DNA from: Eledone cirrhosa
Taxonomy: Eukaryota
Reading direction: 5' to 3'
Length of the DNA stretch: 64,000 nt
Assembly: GCA_964016885.1 (NCBI GenBank)
Contig: OZ024740.1
Coordinates: forward strand, 179,676,001 to 179,740,000
Positions within the stretch are counted from its first letter, which is position 1, and each line of letters begins with the position of its first letter. Position numbers and translations under genes: made by a program. This document shows, piece after piece, positions 53,801-64,000 of this stretch. Under the pieces are notes generated by a model, which was not told where the DNA came from, did not search any database, and was given only the letters and a program-made list of their open reading frames with translations.

Positions 53801-56800
53801 TTGAGTCTCAGTCATTGATGTTATTTAACTGGAAAGTTTGTTGAAATGAATATCAAGGCCGCTACCTGCAGCCTCGGATATTCAGGTCGTATCGGAGGGT
53901 TCTTGCTGTTCCCAGCAAGCATGCCTTGTAAAGTGTTCCAAAAAGCGGGGCTGGACTAATCTTCTTTAACCATCCTTGGAAACTCTTTGAGATAGTACCT
54001 AGTGTGCCCATGACAATCAGCACGACCTTGAATAAATGGCAGTTCCAAATCCTTTTTACCTCCCACTTTAAATCCTGGTACCGCTTAATTTCGTCCCTCT
54101 CCTTTTCTTGCACTCTCGTGTCATATGGGCGGGCTAGATCTACAATCAGGCACGACCTTTTTTCCTTGTCCAAAACCACCATGTCGGGTCTATTGTGTTC
54201 TAACTTGTTGTCCGTCTGTATCCTAAAATCCCATAGCAACTTCACCTAATCGTTTTCTATCACCGGCTCTGGCCTATGCTCACACCACTTCTCAGAATGT
54301 GGTAAAGTGTTTACTTTGCATAGGTGCCAGTAGATCACCCTGCCTATCACATCATGTCTCCAGCCTTTATAGTAGAGTCTGAGCTAGGTGTTTACACTCG
54401 GATACAATGTGAGCCACAGTCTCCTCTCTCTCCCCACAGATCCTACACAGTGGGCTAGCCTCCTTCTTGTAAATATGGTGTTTCAGCCACTTCGTTCCGA
54501 TGGCATGCTCTTGCGCAGCCATTAGCATTCCTTCTGTAGCTTTTTTAAGGTCTCCTCTTTTTAACCAGTTCCATGTCTGTGGATCTCTAAATTCAGTTTT
54601 CTGAAAGAAGGTACTATGGAGGGATTTTTCGTGAATGTTGCTCTTCCTCCTTGTTGTTATTTCCTCCTTGGACATTCCCTGGTCTATTGTTTTCTCCTTC
54701 AGTACAATTTTGGGCATTGGCTCCCTACTATCACTCACGTATTTGTGCAGGTTGTTTTTCTCCATCTGAACACAGTCCTCTATGCTGATAAGACCTCTTC
54801 CACCTTCAGATCTTTTTAAGTAGAGTCTATCGACATCACTCCTCTTGTGGAACATGTTGTAGATAGTCAATAGCTTCCTAGTCTTCCTATCCATTTCTTT
54901 TTGTTCAGCAACATTCCATTTCAGAATTCCCGCACTGTACCTAATAATAGACACAGCTCGGGAATTCACTGCACTTATGACATTCCTACTATTTAGATAT
55001 GATATTAATACGCTCCTTACTCTCCTAATGTTCTCAGATCTTATCAATTCCTTCATTTTTTGTTTGTTCCTGATGTCATCTGCTTCCAGAACACCTAAAT
55101 ATTTGTATCCTTCTTCAGTGTAAATTTCCTTTATCATCTCACCTGTTGGTACCTGGATTCCGTTGCTTCTGCTCAATTACCACTCTTCATCACCAGGACT
55201 CCACACTTATTAATACCAAATTCCATATATATATCATTGCTGAAAATACGGACAGCGTCAACAAGTTCATCCAACTCCTTCTCACTCTTCCCAAATAGTT
55301 TAAGATCGTCGACAAAGATGAGGTTGTTGATGGTAAGCTCTACTTTTCCCAACTTGTATCCTGGTCTCACTTTTCGCAATATAAAGTCAAGGGTATCAGG
55401 GCAAGGACAAACAGCAGAGGGGACAAACTATCTACCTGGAAGATACTTCTCTTGATCTTCACGCGTCCCTAGGATTCTCCACCCATGTTAACTCTGTTTG
55501 TCAGGACTTCATAGTTTTCCTCAACAACTGTATGATGTTATCTGCCATCTTGAAGATCTCTAGGCTTTTGGCTATCCAAGAATGAGGTACCATGTCGAAT
55601 GTCTTTTTGAAGTCTATCCTTCCCATGGCAAAACCACTGTGTCTCTTCTTGCAATTCCTCATTACCATCTTATCAATAAGTAACTGGCCTTTTGTGCAAC
55701 GGGACATGTGATAGGCCTATATTTGGTAAAATATTTACCCTTGATTCGGTCTTTCATTACCAGGACTGTGGTACCTTTTGTAAACCACTCTGCTATCTCA
55801 CCCGACATCAAGTAGCCATTGAACATGGTTGTCAGTTTCGGGCGGAGGGATGTTATATTTTTAATCCAATACACTTGCACACCATCTGGGCCTGGTGATT
55901 TCAAGTTGGTTAGTTTTTTGGACTGCTCTTTAAGAGTGTCAACTGTGATACTCAAATCTCCTTTTGAAATGGCTCAATCCACACTGCCTGACTATTATGT
56001 TCAACATCCTGCTCCCATATTCCTCTCCAGAATGTCTTAATCTGTTCCGCCTCAGGGATCAAGTCGTTGCCTCTTTCTTTCCCTTCAAGCTGTCAAAACA
56101 ACATTTTCTGGCTGTTGTCAAACATGCGGTTCTGTCTATACTGACTGACTCTCATCTCATACCGCCTAATCTTTGCACTTTTTGCTACAATGCGTTTCTT
56201 CAGTTCCTCTATGATAATATTTAGCTCCCCGCTTCCTAGGTTTGTACTTTATTTCCAATCTATCTTTAGTGTCTATGTTTTGTAATGTCCCATTCAGTAA
56301 GGACTCAAGCTTTCCAATGTCTTTTCTCATTTCCTTGATTTGACCATTCAGTCGTTTCTTCCACCAAGGTTCTGAACTTTCTTGTTCGTTGTTTCCTCTC
56401 GTTTTTATGCCAAGTAATTTCTTCACCGTATTTGCTGTTGCTTTGAGGATATTGTTGCATTGAGGAAGGTTCCTCGGCTCAAGGTATGGGATGATTTTGT
56501 TCACCTTAGCTTTTTTTCTTTTAACTTTTTTCCTGTCTACAAATCTTAGGTTCATAGGTTTTCTACTATCATTGTTCATTTTATCTACCACTAAGTTCAG
56601 GATATCAACCAAATCTTATTCTAGCCCGTCATCATCTATTTCCTTAATGGCAGTATCTTTGTACCAGAAGTTATTTATTTCAGCATTCAGATCAGTGTCT
56701 GCTTTGGATGGTTCCTCAGGTCTCTCTACCTCTTCACCTTCATTTCCCACTGGCTCGTTTGCCTGACATACTCCACTCTCCATTTCCAAGTTAATCTCTC

Positions 56801-57018
56801 TGCTTAGTTCCTCCAGGTTCCAACTCGCTTATCCATCCATTATTTCTTATTACCCGAGCCTGTCGGGTCAATTTTTGTTCATCTAATTTAAATAGACCAA
56901 TCTCGTTCCGGATGTTATGCGTCCGTTTCCTATAGCCTTTTTCCATGGGGTTACTCGTCAGGTAATATTTCATGACAGTTCTATTCAATTATTTCGTGCA
57001 GTTGGCTCTAGTCCCTTT

Positions 57019-57152
57019 CCTTCTTCTTCTTCTTCTTCTTCTTCTTCTTCTTCTTCTTCTTCTTCTTCTTCTTCTTCTTCTTCTTCTTCTTCTTCTTCTT
57101 CTTCTTCTTCTTCTTCTTCTTCTTCTTCTTCTTCTTCTTCTTCTTCTTCTTC
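57019..57152. repeat. (TTC)n expansion inside the Dong ORF N-terminus
   Basis: Replaces a 3-4 unit run seen at 28047-28060. Confidence 0.92.
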
Positions 57153-57662
57153 CAACACCAACAGTATTTGGATGACAACCAGGTCCCTGCTGCTGGGCCA
57201 GGGAGCACTTGCTGAGTTCCAGACTCTTTTTCACCGTTATTCGAACTGTTTAGGTTCGACATTTAAACACTCATATCGAGGATTGGTGAATGTATGGTTA
57301 CATAAACACCGGTGATTTTATCACCCCCGGTGATTTTAGCCGAACATAAATAAATAAACAAATAAATAAATAAAAATATAAAAAAAAAACATAAGTTTCA
57401 TTATAATGTTTGAATGTTTGACTTAGATTTTTTTTTTCCCTTCTTTTCCCCCTTTTTTTTCAAGGCCAGTAACATCGGTTACTAGTGGTGTTGTTGCTGT
57501 TGCTGCTGTTTTGATTTTAGCTACGCTAAGCTCGTTGTCATAGCAACGAGGGAGGTAGGGTGTGTTACGTTCAAAACTTTTGAAATTTATTTTTCTTTTG
57601 CTGTTGCGTTTGTTTTTGTCTGTGTTCTGTTCTGTAATGTTTCGACTTGTTGCTTATCATCA

Positions 57663-57752
57663 TTTGCCTTTCACTCTTACGGGGTCGATAAAATAAAGTA
57701 CCAGTATTGTACTGGATAATATGGGCTTGTGCTATATGTAGAAACAATTATT
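57663..57752 (+). mobile_element. Degenerate 3' half of the SINE in the Dong 5' region
   Basis: TTTGCCTTTCA...GGGGTCGATAAAATAAAGTACCAG...GTAGAAACAATT. Confidence 0.8.
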
Positions 57753-58348
57753 ATTTGACATCGTTTAAACTAAACGTCTTGAGAGAGTTTGGAGATACGA
57801 CAATAATTATTATGGTGTTGTTGTTAGCTGTTTGACCGGCTCACTAAATCAGTCTATGTATATCTGTTGGCGACTTCCTCGTTTCTAGTCATGTGTAGTG
57901 GCACTACTACCTCCCCACTCTTAACAGGAGGTAGTGAGGGAATAGTGGTGGTAGCGATGATGATGGAGTGGTGACGGTGTAGTAGTACTGTATTGATGGT
58001 GTTGCTGCTGCTGTTGGTTTGTCTCTAGCTAAACCTTTGTGGTAGTGGTGGTGGTTGCGGCGGCGGTGGTGGCGTTTGTGGTGAAATTATTTGGCTGTTG
58101 TTTTCTCCCATTTGTGACCATTTGTAACCATTTTCTTTTTTGACTATAACATTCCTAATACAAAATGAAAATATTTGAGCCCTATGCCATAGTGTTATGT
58201 GTTGTCACTTCCTAAGAGTTTTGACAGGTGTCTTATGTCCCATTTGTAATAAGAATTATTCTATTACAATTGTTTGAAATATGTAAAAAATCTAAAACTT
58301 ACGAGAGCGATTCCATAACACTCTATCCACCATATGCGTACTTTTCCC

Positions 58349-58379
<31 letters not shown>

Positions 58380-60293
58380 CATTATTATTATTATTATTGG
58401 CGACCTACGTAGTAAATCGTATCATCGTGAACTCCGCAAAGGTTTGTTATTTTCAGTTGTTTAAAATTGCCATTTATGGAAAATTTTTATTGTTAACTGT
58501 ATATAAGTGCACATACATTGATTTCTGAAAAGGACACTCAAAAATATTGGGGCCTTGAGCCCCAAATTTAAACTTTTTATAATTATCAAACAAAACAAAC
58601 TTCTTTGAAACATCATGGCTGACTCAGAGTCATTCCTTCCTCACACACTAACACCTCACACCGACACTACCATTGTAAATATTATTACGTTTGCCAACAC
58701 TAAAAATATAAGCAGTAGCAATATTTTAAATTTGTCTCAGCCAGACATTCATTTCCCGCTATTACCAATGACTGCAGGTGTTAAAAGCCGCCCACTCCGA
58801 ACGAACCCCACCCCCAAACCCCCACCAACACAGTGACAACCCCCATCACCACCACCACAGCGACAACAGAAACAAAATTTAAAAAATAAATTAACTCGTG
58901 ATATCGAAATGAATTCAACCAAAATGAACTCTTCAACACCGAACACTACTGAAGCCACCACCACCACCACAACTGAAACTAAAATTAACAATAACAAAAA
59001 TAATGATAACAACAACAGCAACAATGAAATTAAGAAAACTACCCTGATTTTTGCCAGAGTAGCAAAAACGTGCGAGGCATTCCAGGTAACTCAGGAGGAA
59101 TTAGAAGAAGACGAAGGAATGGTAAAGAAATATGGGTAAAAGTCAGCCTCCCCCCCCCACCTAATAAAATGGAAAATCGTCGCCTATGCACCGTGTCTTA
59201 TCGGAAAATTAAAATAAAATCGCGCCGAGTGGTATGGGCATCCTATTCCCAAATCCAAAAATCTTTGGGACATGTGTGGGCAAAAAACACACACATCATA
59301 CGTGGGCAGAAATATGGAACCGTGGACGCGTTCTTTGAAACACCACAGGAGACCAGAGAACACTCCATGGCCCCATTAAGAAGTGACAACTTCACACTCG
59401 TCCCAAGCTATTGTGGCCAGAAACTTGTGAAGATCAGGGTGACCCACGTTCCACCAGCCATCGAAATTCCCTGGTTAATGGCTGCCGTCCTCGCCGGCAT
59501 CGAGGCCAACACCAAGATAATTGAAATAGCGAAAGAAAAGCAGGAGAACTGGTCCGGATCTGGGATGGAGCTCCTGATCCAAGCGGACCATAAAAGCATT
59601 GAAGAGATCCCAGAGGTAATAGATCTCACTGACGGCAGCCACCTCACCGTAATCGTCGAGGGCAGAAGGGTAGGTGTGTCGTTTGTGGTGAAGGAACCCA
59701 CCTAAGGGCTTTCTACCCTCAGGCTAAAAGGTTGAGGCCACCTCTCTTACCCACCCCAGTGACTCAACCAGCAACACCACTAGCAGCAGAAATGGCAGCA
59801 ACAACTGTAGCAGCAACAACAGAAGCAACTGTAACAGCAACAAGCCCAGCAACAGTAGTAAAACCAACACCACCACTACCCAACGCCCCAGAACTGGCAC
59901 CAGCGCCTACACCATCCACCACGCCACAACCAAAATCAACGCCTGTGGAGAATTTTCCACTCCCCTGCTTATCGCAACTGGAGACAGATTGTGACGACGA
60001 GGAGTGGGAAACGGTATCAGGAAAAAGAAATCAAAAAAGAAAAGAATTCTCTTCCTTCCCCCTCCAAAAACAAAATACAGAGAGAAACAAATAAATTATC
60101 AAACAAAAAAGTTAGGACAGATATGCCACACCATCCACACCAACATCACCAACCCCATCACCATCATTAACCCCAACACCACCATCACCAACACCACAAA
60201 AGTCACCAAAAAGCGTAACAGAAACAAACCCACAACAAACCCAAACAAAACAAAACAACCAAAACGATACACACTACACAGCATTAAATTTGA

Positions 60294-60470
60294 GATTGGT
60301 AGTATCGGTAGAGGGTCGGCCGCCATGCTTTCTAGCATAGTTACGTCCCTTTACGATCTGAGTTCAAATCCCGCCGAGGTTGACTTTGCCTTTCATCCTT
60401 ACGGGGTCGATAAAATAAAGTACCAGTGAGGCACTGGGTAGTTGCTGGCCTTATGCCTAAAGTAGAAACA
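60294..60470 (+). mobile_element. SINE in Tx1 ORF1, TSD ATTAAATTTGA
   Basis: Matches the 19611 SINE; the empty site is visible at 42721-42745. Confidence 0.9.
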
Positions 60471-61910
60471 ATTAAATTTGAACAACAACCAATTATTACA
60501 ATACATCCAACACAACACCAGCATCACAGAAAAAGACTACACAACAACCCAAAAGTTCACACCATCTCCACATATACAAATCACTCGCATCACACAGAAA
60601 ACGTACACGACACTAAAACAAAAAAATCCCTAAATACATCGGAGACTTCCGACAAACACTCTCCAGGAGGATTTATAAGGACATCATTCCGGGGGAGGCC
60701 ACAAGCAGTGAAAATGATGGAGAAACCATCCTTCCTCTACGAAAAGTAAGGTAAGTGGTCTTTCCCATCTTTTCCGCCCTATTTCAACATGACCTCACTC
60801 AGAATAAGCAGCATAAATGCGCGTGGCTTGTGATCGTAATGGAAGCAGGGCCACCTCCCAACGACCTCAGGTCACTAAACATAGATGTAGTGGCCATCAG
60901 CGAGACAAGAATCTCCGAAGCACGGGCCTTCGCACCGATCTTCGGCGGCTACGATGTGTACGCATCCCCCAGCCGTCCGGAAGTTGCTGTGCAACTCCAG
61001 AAGTTGCTGTGCTTTTTCGGAGAGGTTTGGATCTCACCATAGGGGCCAAATTCCTGGTCCCAGAATGTAACTTGGTGGTGAACTTTCTTGGAACGTCCCG
61101 CTCTTTAGTGTTAGTGGCCGACTGGAACGGGATCTAGATGCACGCTGGGACTGTGTGGGATTAGCGGCTAGAGGAGGAGGGTGCAAGAGCCTCACCAACC
61201 TGCTCAGGCGTTTTGAACTGTCTGACAGGTACCGATTGGATTTCCCGAATGTGCCAATGTGGACTTGGACAAATCGCATTGGGTCATCCACATCATATCT
61301 AGATAGAGTATTTTGTAGCCTTACCACCTCCAACCCCCACACCTAATAAAATCGAGCAACGTCGCCTATGCTCCGTGTCATATCGGACAATTAACATAAA
61401 ATCGCGCCGAGTGGAACGGGCATCCGAGTCCCAAATCCAAATAGCTTTGGGACATGTGTGGGCAAAAAAAACCCACCTCACATGTGGGCAGAAGTATGGA
61501 ACCGTGGACGTGTTCTTTGAAACACCACAGGAGGCTAGAGAACACACCATGGCCCCATTAAAAGTGACGACTTCACACTCGTCCCAAACTATTGTGGCCA
61601 GAGACTTGTGAAGATCAGGGTGACCCACGTTCCACCAGCCATCGAAATTCCCTGGCTAATGGCTGCCGTACTCCAAAACAAAATACAGAGGGAAACAAAT
61701 AAATTATCAAACAAAAAAGTTAAGACAGATATGCCACCAGCATCACCAACCCCAACACCACAAACACCAAAACCATCACCATCATTAACCCAACACCACC
61801 ATCACCAACACCACAAAAGTCACCAAAAAAGCGTAGCAGGAACAAACCCACAACAAACGCAAACAAAACAAAACAACCAACACGATACACACTACACAGC
61901 ATTAAATTTG

Positions 61911-62087
61911 GATTGGCAGTATAGGTAGAGGGTCGGACGCCATGCTTTCCAGCATAGTTACGTCCCTTTACGATCTGGGTTTAAATCCCGCCGAGGTTGA
62001 CTTTGCCTTTCCTCCTTACGGGGTCGATAAAATAAAGTACCAGTAATGCACTGGGTAATTGCTGGCCTTGTGCCTAAAGTAGAAACA
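61911..62087 (+). mobile_element. SINE in the duplicated Tx1 ORF1, TSD ATTAAATTTG
   Basis: Same site as the 60294 copy. Confidence 0.9.
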
Positions 62088-62106
62088 ATTAAATTTGATA
62101 ACAACC

Positions 62107-62289
62107 GGTGGATTGGCAGTATCGGTAGAGGGTCGGACGCCATGCTTTGACGCATAGAGTTACGGCCCTTATCATTGTGAGTTCAAATCCCGCCGAGGTT
62201 AACTTAGCCATTCATCCTTACGGGGTCGATAAAATAAAGTACCAGTAATGTACTGGGTTATTGCTGGTCTTGTGCCAAAGGTAGAAACA
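62107..62289 (+). mobile_element. Second SINE at the same site, ~19-20-bp TSD
   Basis: Flanked by ATTAAATTTGATAACAACC and ATTAAATTTGAATAACAACC. Confidence 0.9.
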
Positions 62290-64000
62290 ATTAAATTTGA
62301 ATAACAACCAATTATTACACTACATGCAACACAACACCAGCATCACAGAAAAAGTCTACACAACAACCCCAAAATTCACACCACCTCCACACATACAAAT
62401 CACTCGCATCACACAGAAAACGTACACGACACTAAAACAAACATTCCCCAAAGACATCGGAGACTTCCAACAAACACTCTCCAGGAGGATTTATAAGGAC
62501 ATCCTTCCGGAGGAGGCCACAAGCACTGAAAATGATGGACAAACCATCCTTCCTCTACGAAAAGTACGGTAAGTGGTCTTTCCCATCTTTTCCACTCTAT
62601 TTTAAACATGACCTCACTCAGAATAAACAGCATAAATGCGCGTGGCTTGGGGTCGTCATGGAAGGAGGGCCACCTGCTCAACGACCTCAGGTCACTAAAC
62701 AGATGTAGTGGCCACCAGCGAGAGCAGAATCTCCGAAGCACGGATCTTCGGCGGGTACGATGTGTATGCATCTCCCAGCCGTGCTGGATCGGGGGGAAGA
62801 GTTCCTGTGCTTTTTCGGAGAGGTTTGGATCTCGCTATACGGGCCATCTTCCAGGACCTAGAGGGTAAGTTGGTGGTGCTGGACGTGACCAGCGGAGACG
62901 GCCAAGCTTTCAGGCTAGTGGCCGTCTATGCGGCGACAGGAGCAGGGCGGCCTGATTTCTTCCGGCGTCTGGAGACCTTTCTTGGAACGTCCCGCTCTTT
63001 AGTGTTAGTGGGCGACTGGAACGGGATGTTAGATGCACGCTGTAACTGTGTGGGATTAGCGGATAGGGGTGGAAGGTGCAAGAGCCTCACCAACTTGCTC
63101 AGGCGTTTTGAACTGTCTGACAGGTACCGATTGGATTTCCCGAATGTGCCAATGTGGACTTGGACAAATCGCATAGGGTCATCCAGATCATATCTAGATA
63201 GAGTATTTTGTAGGGAAATAGATAGGTCTAGCATAGGCTGACCACAATTCAAGATAGTCATCTACACGGACCATAAATTCGTGATCTGTGTGCTTGACTT
63301 AGATAGGCTTCATAAACGATGACCCGGCTATTGGGAGCTAAACGCGTCCTTACCAGCGCGCAAGGTCTACAGAGACCGGATTAGCGAACTAGTTAAGCGG
63401 GCGTTGACGGGGGCCATCGTCAACAACAAGTGGTGGTTTGCTCTGAAAAGAGCGATTAGAATAGAATCGATTAGGTTTAGTAAGGCTTTAGCAATAGAGA
63501 AAAATAGAGCAGACGGAGAAATAGTTAGAAAATTAGACGAGGCGCTTAGCAAAGGCATTGCGACCGACGTGCTTGCGGCGAAATTGGCGCTTGAACAATT
63601 TTTCAATGCAAAGGACGAAGGCTGCGTTGTCAGAGCTAGGGTGCGTGCTCTCAGACACGAGGGGACGAAAGCCGTTCAATGGGCCCGAGTGGCGGAGTCG
63701 CGTCGTGGCAACAAAGCCACGATCCGGTCTTTGGTGGACCACAACGGGCGCATGCTACTCGATCCTGGGCAAATGTGTGAAGATTTTCAGCGACACTTCG
63801 CTCAGCTGTTCGAGGGCAGCGGTGAGCCGGGTCGAGCGATGGACTTTAGGGTCTACCTCGACGGACTGCCGCGGCTCCCGGCCACTGACGCGGAGTGTTG
63901 CTAAAGGCCGATAACAGCCGCTGATATACGGGAGGCAATGACTGGCTGCACAAGGGGTAAATCGCCTGGTTTGGATGGTCTTCCCTATGAACTTTACGTA

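Larger units (their letters stand above)
53801..58348 (-). mobile_element. Full-length decayed Dong-like family A copy
   Basis: Fragments 53862..57234 are collinear with the 1130-aa ORF; the 5' end abuts (TTA)n. Confidence 0.92.
58398..64000 (+). mobile_element. Tx1-like family A with an internal partial duplication (restart near 61317); runs off the window
   Basis: 5' end follows (TTA)n; ORF1 and the EN start occur twice; EN 62608-63300 and RT start 63404-64000. Confidence 0.9.

Overview
Eukaryotic, microsatellite-rich DNA, probably from an octopod cephalopod (inferred from the tRNA-derived SINE family and the TA/TTA/TTC microsatellite load). I see no supportable host protein-coding gene; almost everything is retroelement sequence sorted by microsatellite type. 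(1) About 5-24.5 kb is (TA)n-associated. It holds three decayed Penelope-like elements (RT plus C-terminal GIY-YIG; two joined head-to-head) and several small non-coding fold-back elements. Three of those, and the Penelope termini, carry hammerhead-ribozyme-like cores. (2) 1-4.9 kb and 24.6-64 kb form an array of non-LTR retrotransposons punctuated by (TTA)n/(TTC)n tracts, with strict opposite polarity. Tx1-like elements (two families) and the SINE read along the TTA strand; R4/Dong-like RLE elements (two families) read along the TAA strand. One Dong-like copy has an intact 1130-aa ORF. Main leads: the bipolar microsatellite-targeted array, splice signals bracketing all of Tx1 ORF2 in two diverged families, a SINE tail matching the Tx1 3' end, a 5' UTR module shared across Dong families, and hammerhead-bearing fold-back mini-elements. 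All alignments and RNA folds were done by eye, so element boundaries are approximate.
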